Source: Octopus vulgaris
Taxonomy: Eukaryota
DNA: 64,000 bases
Direction: 5' to 3'
Assembly (NCBI GenBank): GCA_951406725.2
Contig: OX597817.1
Coordinates: 24,180,001 to 24,244,000 of the forward strand
Under the pieces are notes generated by a model. That model was not told the origin of the DNA, ran no database searches, and was given only the letters and a program-made list of their open reading frames with translations. Within the stretch, counting starts at the first letter, position 1; each line of letters begins with the position of its first letter. Shown piece after piece: positions 13,222 to 25,763 of the stretch. Both the position numbers and the translations under genes were made by a program.

Positions 13222-13590
13222 CGGACCTCATTACTTCTACGCCTAACACCCCACCCCTCCCCACCCCACGTCAGGGATATCATAACCACCACCACTTACC
13301 TCATCTCCTTCCTCACCATCACAGTCGTTGTCAATGCTAACACAAGCAGCTCATTTTCATCATCCTCATCAATATCATTACAATCATTATATTACTTATC
13401 ACTGCTACTACTACTACTACTACTACTACTACAACTACTACTACTGCTACTGCTACTACAACTACTAACAATAAATGCCATCCTCATTACCAGTACCACT
13501 ACCACCACCACCACCACAACAATAACCATCGCCACCATAATCATTACCATTGCTGGAACCATAATCACCATCATCATCATCATTGTTAAT
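12420..13590. repeat. Patchwork of trinucleotide microsatellites (CAT, CAG/CAA, GTT, CTA, CAC)
   Basis: Directly visible. Source of the poly-H/D/M ORFs in the track. Confidence 0.95.
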
Positions 13591-15604
13591 ATCAGTGTCT
13601 TAAGCAATCATTTTCTATTAAATTTGACATCTATACACTGTGTGAGACGAGATGGAGGGGGATGGAAGAAGGTGTAGCCGGTGTTTCGTAACTATAGCAA
13701 AGTCTATGAATGTGGAACCCATCCTATCAACTGGAATCCTTCCAACAGAACTAAGAAGAAATGTTTTCCATAATAATATAATAACACAAATATAATACAA
13801 CATCCGGTGAAGAAATTTTGGCTTTCGCCAGAAGCTAGTTTAATGGTCTTGACTATCAAATTTATAATTCAATTTACTGTGTTTTGTGCAGAGAGGGGAA
13901 GTGTAGGTATATATATGGTGAACCTGCAAGCCTTGCCAAGTTCTATCAAGCATGGACTTGAAGGTGTTCAACACTGACACTTTAGCAACAAAATCTGAAT
14001 CTCAGATGATCCGAGTTTACAGATGAAGCAGACGCTATACTTCTATTATATAATAGTTTATTTGCTGTTTTCCGTATTTACTAATTCTCCGCCTCTGTTG
14101 CTGTTTAGCCCTAGGCCAACTCTGATGAAGGAATCTTATGACAGAAGCTATTCTAGCCTTAACCATATCTCATTTTACTGGTGCTGTGCTTGTTTAGAAC
14201 CTGATCAACCTTGGATGAATGGACTGTGATAATATTCCAGCCATGGCCACCCAGTTTATTTCCTATGCACAATGAACCCAATATAAATCTAATATTCCCT
14301 TCTTTGTTTAGAAGGTAGGCTGAAATTTGATGAGATTTCACAGCTGGTTGACTGACCATATGAAGGCTTTCTCACTCTTTTTTTCTTGGTACAATGAACC
14401 CAAGGCTATATTATCCAACAGGTTCTTCTTTTTAAAGAAGATAAGGAAGATGTGGTCGTTATATCTAGCAGGGCAATAGACTACATCATTAATTCATTTA
14501 GTTCTCAATGAAACAGACTCATCACTAATATATATGATATTAAAAATAAAGAAATCATTATTTAGTCTCATGTAACCCTTGAGCCATCAGCTCTATGATT
14601 AGAGGTATCCCATTGATGACCATCTCAGCTTTTTCACTCACAGTGTATTAAAAATTGATTTCCTAATATATCCCTTTCCTCAAAGTTGGTAGACTATAAT
14701 ATTAGGGAGATTTGAATGTTATTTCAAGCAGACTGAAAGTCCATGTATAAAATTCCACATTAGCTTGATACAACAAATGTAGATGGCTCAAACTCAAAAA
14801 TTATCTTTGGATCTAACAAGTATTGTCAACCTCTAGGTCATTTCTTAGTCTGTTATAGATAAGAATACTGCTTCCTAATAATGTTTCAACATAAAAGGGC
14901 AAAATCTACAAAACTAAAGCAGTCACTCACAAATATATTCGATGCATGTACCATGCATGCACTAACTGTATTTTAGGTGACAAGGTAGCATGAGAAGATA
15001 TAGGCACCCCCTTGTCTTTTCTAACAAGGATGTAACTGCTAGAGGTAGAGCAGTCTGCATCAGTACTCAGTTAGTATTTTTGTTGTTTTTGTAAAATCTC
15101 AGAAAATAATTAAAAATTCGCATTTTTTATCAAATTATTTTGTTAAATTTGTCTATCTATCCAACTGTAAACATTTTAAATATTTCACTAACATGATAAA
15201 TGAAGTGCCTTGCTCAAGAACAATGCACTTCCCACAGGAATTAAACCTACAACTTTATCATCATAAGCCCAAAACCATGTTGATTAGGCCTTCTGCCTTC
15301 ACACATAAAGAGAGTACTAGTTTAAATCAAATTAGTGCATCATCAGTAATTATCGCATTGAAACAGGGTGGATGAAATATTTTGACTTCAGAAAGATTTG
15401 AACTTAGAATGTAAAGAGACATAAATACTATAAGCTGTTTTATTTTATGATTTCATGATTTTGGCCAACCACCTCTCTGCTACTACTATTTTGGGGCCTC
15501 CATTTGGTGCATAAGCTCAAAATTCTGCACTTGTAATGTTCCTCACCAAAGTATACCTACACAACGTTTAACTGTTTCTTTTTATAGAATACTAGCAATG
15601 TCAG

Positions 15605-15935
15605 AGGTACAGTCACGGTTGTATGATTAAGAAGTTTGCTTCCAAGCCACATGAAATTCCACTGTAGACCACTTTGGGTAAGTATCTCTTACTAAAGCCC
15701 AAAACGGACCAACGTTTTGTGAGTGGGCTTGATTGATAGAAACTGAAAGAATCCCATCATAAATATCTGTGTGTATGTATGTGTATGCATGAATGTGTGG
15801 TTACATGTGAATTTATGCAGACGTGTTTCTGCAGTTGCAAATGAGAGTCACCATCATACAAGCAGTGTCCTACATTTCCAATCCTTCATAAAAACATGAG
15901 AGTTGGCAACAAGAATCTGACTCATGCTAGCATGG
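15605..15935 (+). mobile_element. Decayed chimeric SINE: family B head with family D/RTE-type end
   Basis: B-type head and core to AACTGAAAGAATCCCATC, then a different middle, ending GTTGGCAACAAGAA...CATGCTAGCATGGA. Confidence 0.55.
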
Positions 15936-16145
15936 ACGAGCTGGCAGAAACGTTAGCACGCCAGGCGAAATGCTTAGCTGTATTTCGTCTGCCGTTATGT
16001 TCTGAGTTCAAATTCCGCCAAGGTCGACTTTGCCTTTCATCCTTTTGGAGTCGATAAATTAAGTACCAGTTATGTACTGAAGTTGATCTAATCAACTGGC
16101 TTCCTCCCCCAAAATTTCGGCCCTTGTGCCTACAGTAGGAAAGCA
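15935..16145 (+). mobile_element. SINE family A (tail type 2)
   Basis: Family A head and core; tail CCCCCAAAATTTCGGCCCTTGTGCCTACAGTAGGAAAG. Confidence 0.85.
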
Positions 16146-16496
16146 TTATGCCGATGACAACTAGCAGTTGTTTATGCATGCTAGTCTCCTTTTACCATGC
16201 CATAGATTTTGTCAAAATGAAATGCATGGTTGATACAGTTTGGTGCCAGTGTCTTGGTAGATATGGCTGTCAGAATGCAAAAGGCTAGACTGTATTTTGC
16301 AAAGCACCTTATCTTATGGTTTAATAATTCCACCAATCCACTACTCGAAACTGTTATTTTATTTATTGACGTTGAAAGGATGAAAGCCATAGTTTATACT
16401 CTCATAGGATTCCAGGTTATGGCACTGAAAAAGCCAAAACAAAAGAGCTGCACTGCATTCTATCAAATGTTTTAACAGCTCTGTTAATTTGCAAAT

Positions 16497-16511
16497 TTAC
16501 TACTACTACTT

Positions 16512-16608
<97 letters not shown>

Positions 16609-16610
16609 CA

Positions 16611-16643
<33 letters not shown>

Positions 16644-16657
16644 TTGCTGCTGTTGTT
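16497..16657. repeat. (CTA)n-(CTG)n microsatellite
   Basis: Directly visible. Confidence 0.97.
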
Positions 16658-16700
16658 GGGCAACAAGACGGGTAAGGGTGATTAGGTGATGGTCTAGGGC

Positions 16701-16945
16701 TTAGGGGGCAGGAGACTTGGAAAAAAAAACTTTGGTCGTCTTCTTGTAGTCGAGGGTTCTTTGTTGACACCCAACACCACTGGGAGGTGGCCCTTGAAGT
16801 CGCTGGAAATGAAGATCTCCAGGTCCAAATTCTTGAACGGCTGTTGCTGCTGCTTCTGCCACCACCTGCATTGGTATTTGATGTTTTTCCTCCAGTATAT
16901 TATTGCTTATTATTGCTGGGGAACTTCCAATGATTGTTCTGCCTG
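16701..16945 (-). CDS. Candidate terminal coding exon, unknown product (AGRTIIGSSPAIISNN...FSKSPAP*)
   Basis: Long U tract plus TAGCAG (NAGNAG) acceptor. An 81-codon open frame in unique sequence that is GC-richer than its flanks. No homology recognised. Confidence 0.4.
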
Positions 16946-17854
16946 CTAAAAAAACAAAAACAAAAAAAAAAGCCGCCGAATCTCTCTCACCTTCCAATCA
17001 TACATTATCATCTTTAAAGAAAACAAAAATCAACATATATTGGAAAATGTATTCTTGGAAACACTATCAGGGAAAATAATTCAAGATAGGGTTGTCATAA
17101 ATGGAATAGATTCAATCATGAATTTATTTAGGGATAACCAACAAATGGTACTGATTTTATTTATATGAATTGATATTTATTTATAGGAATGATGAAAGAT
17201 AAAACTAAACAACCAGCAGGATTTGAAGACCTGCTAGTTTATAATAGCATGAAACTAAATACTGCAAGAATTTTTGCTTTCACTTTTGCTGAATTTGCAA
17301 TCGTAATCTTCAACATGAAAATTGTACTTTCATGACGGGTGGTTGGTAGAAATGTTACAGTTTCAGACAAAATGTTGTGCAATATTTGCACATGATCTTT
17401 TACAGTTTTATGTAGAACAGTAAAAATGAAAAGCAAAGATTCCTCAGATGTTTTTGTAAATTCATTCAGCTCTACAACTGTTTCAATGGTGTAAACACAA
17501 AACTTCTCATCATATATAAAATTACATAATTAATTGATTTAAATGTGATGAATAAACCATTTCATCAGGAGATAAAACTGAAATGTGATTCATAGTCTAA
17601 GGTCAGGTCCTATCATAATCACTTTTGTTCTTCATCCTTCGATGCTGTTAAAATGAAGGACAACTCAAGTACTAGAAGTAATATACTCAATTACATTTAT
17701 CCTTCAAGTGTAAGGTCTTGTATCTATGTTAGAAATCCATATGACAACACACTTTTAAATTGTAGAATTGCTGATATTTCTGTTGTTGCTCTTGTTGTTT
17801 AATCCCAGTTCATCTTTTGGTCAAGCAGACCTATGATCAAAAGCACCTCTATAT

Positions 17855-18362
17855 ATGGCTGGAGTGGGAAGACCAAAAATGGCTTCAAAGTCATAACATG
17901 CCGGCGGAAAATAACAGCGCTAGGTGAGACAAGCTGACACAGAAATAGCTTTGCTGATTGACAGGTGACGGTCGTTTAGAGAATGCATGGGCTAAAACCT
18001 ACGTGCCTTCATTGGTCAGTTAAAGTTGAGACAGTGTTACATGACAAATTGCTGGGGCTGCTTGCTGGAGCCTAGCAGCGGGTATTTAAAGGGAAATTTG
18101 ACAAGACAGTCAATCACTTGTTGACACTAGTTGACGCTACATCGAAGAGGCCAGGGAACAGAAGAAAGAAGGAGAAAGAAGACATGCACCCAACACCAGG
18201 GCTGAAGACACCTCCGAAACGGGGAGGGGTGCCACGTCAAAACGGTAGAGGAATAGGGGCCAAAACTGGACATGGTTCCTCCTGACGATGTCTTGACCTA
18301 ACTGGATCCTATAAAGGAGCTGTTGTGGTAGCAGACCATGAAACACAGTTGAAATTCCTCAG
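17855..18362 (+). mobile_element. Unclassified interspersed repeat E (possible Penelope pseudo-LTR)
   Basis: The 3' half matches 56790-57015 on the opposite strand. Contains CTGACGA...GAAAC. Confidence 0.6.
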
Positions 18363-18985
18363 TCATACTATATAACTTCCAGTCATACTGTATCAACAAA
18401 ATTAATATCATTTGCCTTTATCTTCTATAATACTGGGGTGATACAAGAATATTTAGCTGCTATTTCTTGCAGAATGAAACTCCTTGTGTTCAGATTTTTT
18501 AAAAGATTATCATTAGATGTGATTGTTAGTCAATTGATTTCTATAGCGGATTACATTTTCTATCTTTTAGAGTTATAATTGAACAAAAATAAATCAAAAT
18601 ATTAAAGCAACAAAACACAAGTACAATAAAATTTATAGTAACAAAACAACAATAATAACAACAAGCAAGTAATAATTTTAAACATATTTGCATAGCATAA
18701 TTTTATTTTATTGCAGTGAAGATTTATGTTGTATGATTTCACAGTTGTTATTATTGCTTTCTGTTATTTTGCAATAGTTTTGTTTGTGTATATATATGTG
18801 TGTGTTTTATTATTATTTTTTTGTAATTTAAATTTAAATTGATATTTAATTGAAGAGGTTTCAAAACAGCCATTATTTATTGATCCTTTTGTATAATCAG
18901 CCATAATCAACTAAGTGGTCTTTACTTAAGCTTTCTCTTCTTTTCTTCTTCTCTCATTATGAATCTCTCCCTTTCTCTCCCCCCT

Positions 18986-19018
<33 letters not shown>

Positions 19019-19097
19019 TCAACGTTCTTTCTCACTCTCCCAAGTTATCATTCTATTATTCTTTCAGAAGAATACTAATCAGATAGTGTTTGGTAAA

Positions 19098-19099
<2 letters not shown>

Positions 19100-19152
<53 letters not shown>

Positions 19153-19660
19153 AGAGAGTGTGTGTGTGCGAGAGAGAGAGAGAGAGAGAGTTAGAGAGTG
19201 TGTGTGTGAGAGAGAGAGAGATATTGAAGGAATAGGAGAGAAAGGTTAGGAGAGAAAGGAGAGTACTGAGAGCAATGAAGAATAAGAAAGATGCAGGGGT
19301 AGAGATGGAGAGAAAAAGCAAGAGAAAAGGAAGATGAAAGGGATTAATGATAGAGAGAGTAGGAGAGAAAAGGGGAAGAGAATAAGGAATAATATGAGAG
19401 ACGGGCAAAATAGGGAGGGAAAGAAAAAGTGAAAAACACAGGAAAGAAGGAATTAGGAAGAATAAGGCAGAATGAAAGCGAAAGTAAATGGGAGATAAAA
19501 GAAGAAAATCGACTAAAAGTGAAAGTGAGTGGAGGATGGGAAAGAGAGTGAAGAAAGAGAGTGAAAAAAGAGAAAGAAAAAAGGAGAAAGGGAGATAAGA
19601 GCGATAGAAGAGATGAAGAAAAGTGTAGAATAGATGAGATATAGGTGTATAACAAGAGAA
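19100..19660. repeat. (GA)n and long purine-rich low-complexity tract
   Basis: Directly visible. Confidence 0.9.
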
Positions 19661-20124
19661 GAATTAATATTCAATTACTGTTCATTGATTTTGAAAAACA
19701 TAATTAAGCGTTTATTAGAGTAAAACATCTACTCCAATCAGAGGCCCTCTACCTACCCCGCTTTCACACACACACACACACTTGTACATATGCAAATGCA
19801 TATACACACATATACAGATTCACACAGGGAGAAAATTCACACAAACTTGAAAACAAATAAAAAGGAAGGCAGAAATGAATGATGATGGAAGGAAGGAAAA
19901 TAGAAGAAATGAAATAAGGATGAAAAGGAACCAGAACAAATAAATAAATGAATAAATGAATAAAAGAAAGAATACTGTTTTTAAACAAAGTGTTTTGACA
20001 TATTTATGATGTCCATTTTGTTTTGACAGACATCTGGTTTAATCTCACTGGAGGAAAATGATTCCAAACAACAATTATAGATGGAAATTCTTAATATATA
20101 TAAAACTGATGGGACAATTCTAAC

Positions 20125-20147
20125 CTGTTGTCCATCTTTTGGTTTTC
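20125..20147 (-). other. Candidate 23-nt micro-exon
   Basis: Long pyrimidine tract, branch-point-like CTAAT, CTCTCTTAG acceptor and CAG|GTTAGA donor. Confidence 0.4.
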
Positions 20148-21052
20148 CTAAGAGAGTATAACAGATTAGAGATTGGAAGAGAGAGGAAGAAGGTGAATAT
20201 GTATGAGAGAGAGAGAGAGAGAGCGGCGGGACACACAGACACAAAGAGAAACAGAGAAAGAGATAGACAGAGACAGGGACAGAGACAAATTGGTAATAAA
20301 AACAACTAAGTTTGTTTTTACTTACTTTTAAGGTCTAATAATTTGACATTTTCGACAAATATTCACAAAAAGTTAGATGCCGACAAAAATATATGAATGA
20401 AGTTAATAAATATATCAATAATAAATACATCAACAAAGTTAACAAATAAATAAATAAATATTAGATTTAATACAAAAGGAAATAACATTTTATGTGTTTA
20501 TTTATTTTTACCTAAATCCAATATTTATTCATAGATTTATTTTTCTTTAGAATATGTTGTGATGATTGATTTTAAAAAAATATCTGAATAGAAATTTTGA
20601 AAAAATAAGCCAAAACGTAATATAAAAAAACAGGATTAAATCAATGTTGAATATTGATTATTTTTGACAAGGCACAAGGCCAGGTTTTGGAACCGTTCAA
20701 GGTGGAGTTGACTGGATTAATTCATAGTACTTACATTTTTGATTTCTTACATATACACAAGACATCAAATTTTTTTTGGGGGGGGGGCGGGGAAATACAG
20801 CTGATTTTGTCAAACCCAGTAACTGACTGTTTTTAATATTTCATCAGCCACAAAAGGATGAAAGACAAAAGCTGGACTCAGTATAATTCGAACCCAGGAT
20901 ATAAAGAACTGGAAAAATAACACAAAACATTTTGTTTGAAGCTCTAATAATTTTGTAGATCTACCATCATCCGTATTTATGCTATTCGTTTAATCCCAGC
21001 TAATCTTGATCGAGCAGATCTGTGCTTGTAGGCATTCCAGCTATGACTGTTT

Positions 21053-21125
21053 CATCATCATCATCATCATCATTATCATCATCATCATCATCATCAACAT
21101 CATCATCATCATCATCATCATCAAT

Positions 21126-21214
<89 letters not shown>

Positions 21215-21317
21215 CCATCATCACCATCATCATCACCACAACCACCACCACCACCACCACCACCACCACCACCACCACCACCACCACCATCATCATCACC
21301 ATCATCATCATCATCAT
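21053..21317. repeat. (CAT)n/(CAC)n microsatellite, expanded tail of the adjacent family D copy
   Basis: Directly visible. Confidence 0.95.
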
Positions 21318-21445
21318 TAACATCCACTTTCCATGCTAGCATGGGTTGGACGATTTTGACTGAGGTCTGGTGAACCAGAAAGCTGCACCAGGCACCCATC
21401 TTGATTTGGCAGAGTTTCTACAGCTGGATGCCCTTCCTAACGCCG
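21300..21445 (-). mobile_element. Family D retroposon 3' part
   Basis: TTCCATGCTAGCATGGGTTGGACG...CAGCTGGATGCCCTTCCTAACGCC. Confidence 0.85.
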
Positions 21446-21649
21446 TCATTTTTGGACTGAGAGAGTTCATCTGAGACTGCATCATCTAATAATTCTCACT
21501 CATTTTTAAAGTGGTAGAGTGTAATTTTTAGGAAGGTTCGTTTGCTATTTTTAGCAAGTCAAACAAGTAAAATTGGAACTACAGGTAATTAAATAACTTA
21601 ATAAAATTTACATAACCATTTGGTAATCAGCATAATCACAAATACACAA

Positions 21650-21827
21650 CTTCTTCTTCTTCTTCTTCTTCTTCGTCTTCTTCTTCTTCTTCTCCTCTTC
21701 TTCTTCTTCGTCATCATCTTCTTTTTCTTCTTCTTCTTCGTCTTCTTCTTGATCTTGTTCTTCTTCTTCTTGATCTTCTTCTTGATCTTGTTCTTCGTCT
21801 TCTTCTTCTTCTTCTTCTTTTTCTTCT

Positions 21828-21859
<32 letters not shown>

Positions 21860-22046
21860 TTCGTCATCATCATCTTCTTCGTCTTCGTCTTCTTCTTCTT
21901 CTTCATCATCTTCTTCTTCTTCTTCTTCTTCTTCTTCTTCTTCTTCTTCTTCTTCTTCTTCTTCTTCTTCATCATCATCATCATCTTCTTCTTCTTCTTC
22001 TTCATCCTCTTCTTCGTCATCATCATCTTCTTCTTCTTTTTCTTCT

Positions 22047-22078
<32 letters not shown>

Positions 22079-22190
22079 ATCATCTCCTTCTTTCTTCTTC
22101 TTCTTCTTCTTCTTCTTTTCCTCCTCCTTCTTCTTCTTCTCCTCCTCCTTCTTCTTCGTTGTCCTTGTCATCACCATCACCATCATCATA
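21650..22190. repeat. (CTT)n/(CAT)n microsatellite of about 540 bp
   Basis: Directly visible. Source of the poly-E/K/F ORFs. Confidence 0.97.
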
Positions 22191-22208
22191 ACTGCTTGCA
22201 TCACATAC

Positions 22209-22380
22209 CTGTACCAGTATAGTGTTTCACGTGCACAACAGCCAAAACGTCTATCATCCAGTTTTTATCTCAGCTAATTTCTGTTTCATCGTTCATTGAC
22301 ACCAACAGAATAATACATCTTGTGGAGCTTATTCGCCTCATTTCTTTCCAATTTTTGCACTTCCATCCAATCAGTGTTAC
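22209..22380 (-). other. Candidate 172-nt exon
   Basis: Unique island between two microsatellites. Strong ACAG|GTATGT donor; AAG acceptor after (TG)n. Confidence 0.4.
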
Positions 22381-22392
22381 CTTTATATTGTA

Positions 22393-22742
22393 CACACATA
22401 CACACTCACACACATGCACACACGCACACACACACATACATGCATACACACGCACACAATCACACACACATGTGCAAACAAACACCTGCACACATGCATA
22501 CACACATATGCACACGCACATGCACACACACACACAAACACACATGCACACACACATACATACACACACACACATGTACACACACACGTGTGCAAACAAA
22601 CACATGTACACATGCATACCCACACACGCACATGCACGTGCACATACACACACACACAAACACACATGCACACACATACATACACACACACACACATACA
22701 CACGCACACATACATACACACACATACACACACACACACACA
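22393..22742. repeat. Degenerate (CA)n microsatellite
   Basis: Directly visible. Confidence 0.95.
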
Positions 22743-22911
22743 GATCTTATTAAATTGTTATAAGCCAAATAAGGGCATTCGATAGGGAGCAATGTTGCCT
22801 CTAAAATTTTGCTGTGTTCATAGGGGTGTGTAGAAATATGCCCAGATGCAAATTCTGTTTTCCTTTGCAAAGTATATATGCATCCCTGCAAGTCTCCATG
22901 GTTGAATTACA

Positions 22912-23068
22912 GGAATGTAAACAAACCAGCACTGGTTGTTAGCCAGAGAGGAGGTTAACACACATACAGTCCCTGCACCAGGGACTTCGTATTTTCAATT
23001 CTATTGCATTTGTGTTTGAGTGTGTGTGTCTGTCTGTTTGTGTATATGTGTCTGTGTGTGTGTCTGCT

Positions 23069-23099
<31 letters not shown>

Positions 23100-23255
23100 A
23101 GATGGGCTTTCACACAGTTTCCATCTACCAGATTCCCTCACAATCAGGGCTAATGAAAAATTCATTTGCCCATGATGCCATGAAGTGGGATTGAACCCCA
23201 AACCACATGGTTAGGTTACAAACTGAGCATCTTATGTAGGCATGCGTGCACCTGT
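22912..23255 (-). mobile_element. Decayed SINE family B
   Basis: CAGTTTCCATCTACCAGATTCCCTCACAA and GGGATTGAACCC (B box, reverse). Confidence 0.6.
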
Positions 23256-23327
23256 AATATAGAAATGAAGATAATTTTTAATGACTAGAATTGATAAGCA
23301 TATTACCGAGAGGCATCTCATTGAGAT

Positions 23328-23523
23328 ACTCTTTTACACTTTTACTTGTTTCAGTCATTTGACTGCGGCCATGCTGGAGCACCGCCTTTAGTCGAGCAAA
23401 TCGACCCCGGGACTTATTCTTTGTAAGCCCAGTACTTATTCTATCGGTCTCTTTTGCCGAACCGCTAAGTGACGGGGACGTAAACACACCAGCATCGGTT
23501 GTCAAGCAATGCTAGGGGGACAA

Positions 23524-23581
<58 letters not shown>

Positions 23582-23729
23582 GTCAGGCTTCTTTCAGCTC
23601 CTGTCTACCAAATCCACTCACAAGGGGCTATAGCAGAAGACACTTGCCCAAGATGCCACGCAATGGGATTGAACCCGGAACCATGTGGTTGGTAAGCAAG
23701 CTACTTACCACACAGCCACTCCTGCGCCT
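23328..23729 (-). mobile_element. SINE family B
   Basis: Near full length; ends CCACACAGCCACTCCTGCGCCT. Confidence 0.9.
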
Positions 23730-24487
23730 GTGAATAATGGAATAAATGATTCTTAGATAAATTTGAGCTAAGAATGGAGAGAAACAGAAATTAATAATGA
23801 TTTATTACATAGGCACAAATTTTATACAGAAGAAAATTATTAGAAGAATTGGTGGGATTTGAACTTAGAACGTAAGGGCCATCATTAGATACTACAAAGC
23901 ATTTGTCTGATGCTGAAGTGCTAACAATTCTGCAAAGGCATTTAAGCTGGCCTCTGTCATCTCATAGCACTCTTGACAACAACTCAGACACCAGCCCCAA
24001 TAATAAAAGTAATGAATTTTTTTTTTCATCCTTGCTGCGATGAAAGGCAATCTCAACCTCGATGATATTTGAATGTAAGGAGTAATGCATCAAAGATCTT
24101 CTTATAAAGCAAGTTTATCCAATAGCAACAACAACTTTGACAAGCAATTCGAAGATATTAATTGAAACATTGCAATGGCCACTAAGATCATCTTTGGAAA
24201 TCATATTTCAAAGGGAATTTACTAAGAATATACAACAACACAACAAAATCAATTTCCTATATATTCGAATTCTTGTCAAGGAGTAAGCGAAATCTAACAA
24301 CTTATATTTCTATTATTTACAGATACACAAATGGAAACAAATTCTATCTCATTTTATACACATGCAAAATTTATATATTCATAAATATACATGTGTGTGT
24401 GTATATATATATATATTAATAAATGAAATAAAACATGCATATATATATAAACATATATGTACGTACGTACCTCTACATGTACATATA

Positions 24488-24655
24488 CACGCATATATGA
24501 GTACAGGACACCAAAGGGACGTCGAACACAGAGAGAAACAAAAACATAGACACAAACCAAAGGAACTGGACATTTTTTTAAAAACAACAAAAAAATGGAG
24601 TACAGGACAATTAACACAAAGTCGCTATGGTTTCATCTACTCTACGTTTCGAAGG

Positions 24656-24656
<1 letters not shown>
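24488..24656 (-). mobile_element. Probable Penelope-type terminal repeat fragment
   Basis: Reverse complement starts CCTTCGAAACGTAGAG, the 3' half of a hammerhead-like motif, next to (TA)n. Confidence 0.4.
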
Positions 24657-24687
<31 letters not shown>

Positions 24688-24810
24688 CAATTAAGGAACG
24701 GCCATTAATGTTGAACTTAAAAATGGTCTATGACTATTTAATTTTTTCCCACTGGGCCGCTGGTGGCAAAAAAATTCTACAAAATTTTCCTTGCCACCCT
24801 ATATTGATTA

Positions 24811-24843
<33 letters not shown>

Positions 24844-24894
24844 CATGCATATGTATATGTATAGATACACACACACACACACATACATATTTCT

Positions 24895-25200
24895 TTTATT
24901 CTTTCATTCTTTTATTTGTTTCAGACATTTGACTGCAGCCATGCTGGAGCACCACCTTTTGTCAAACAAATCAAACCTAGGACTTATTCTTTGTAAGCCT
25001 AGTACTTATTCGATCAGTCCATTTTGCTGAACTGCTAAGTTTTGGGGGTGTAGACACACCAACATCAGTTGTCAAGCAATACTGGGGGGAGGGGACAAAC
25101 ACAGACACACATGCACACAAACACATACATAAAATAGGCTTTTTCAGTTTCCATCTACCAAATCTACTCAGAAGGCTTTGGTCGGCCCGAGGCTATAGTA
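24895..25200 (-). mobile_element. SINE family B, head missing
   Basis: Tail and core match the family; head absent. Confidence 0.8.
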
Positions 25201-25384
25201 TGAATTAAATCAGAAATCAGGCTGATTCGGTAATAACAGAATATTTTAGAAATTTCTGTTGACTTGCTTAGGGACACATGCTTATAGTGATGAACTCTAT
25301 GTGGTTATTGACAATTTAAGTCTATTTTCGGCATATTTGGCATTAGAATTTTTTTCTTTTGCCCTTGTTTATAAGTTATGTGTA

Positions 25385-25445
<61 letters not shown>

Positions 25446-25677
25446 TTAATGAAATGGATAAATGAATTATCTTGTTACGGATTATTCAAAATTTAACCGA
25501 TACCTGTGTAGCAAAAATCACACCAGAAAAGACACGGTTGAGGTTACGACCATGGGGTTTTGCCCCCGTGCTTTAGCGCGGATAATTGAAGTTTTATATA
25601 TTTTTACCATGGGCTCCTAGGGAGCGTTTTGTTCGAAAAGCTTGCTGCGCATTTGGTTTGAGATTTTAAATTCCTGG

Positions 25678-25763
25678 ATTTTCCTGAAGAGAAAGCTGCA
25701 GAATGGTCTCCTTATTCAATCCGAATTTGGGAATTTGCAGCCTTTGAAACATGTGTAGAAAAT
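25678..25763 (+). ncRNA. Type I hammerhead ribozyme
   Basis: Stem I ATTTTC/GAAAAT; core CTGAAGA; 12-bp stem II GAAAGCTGCAGA/TTTGCAGCCTTT; GAAA; stem III AC-ATGT-GT; GUA triplet with predicted cut after 25757. Confidence 0.8.

Noticed and set aside
12269-13607. Poly-His, poly-Asp and poly-Met ORFs as metal-binding or biomineral proteins
   Set aside because: They are translations of (CAT)n and related microsatellites, open in several frames on both strands, with no splice or domain support.
13618-13750. Possible minus-strand terminal exon sharing the 13-mer GGATGGGTTCCAC with the candidate exon at about 32315
   Set aside because: The match does not extend and the peptides are unrelated. An acceptor alone is insufficient evidence.
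21598-22222. 198-aa acidic and 161-aa Lys-rich ORFs
   Set aside because: Pure (CTT)n/(CAT)n repeat that lacks stops by composition.
22270-22272. Single in-frame TGA in the candidate exon read as selenocysteine or an edited Trp
   Set aside because: No recognisable selenoprotein motif or SECIS, and no homology to show that the frame upstream of the TGA is real.
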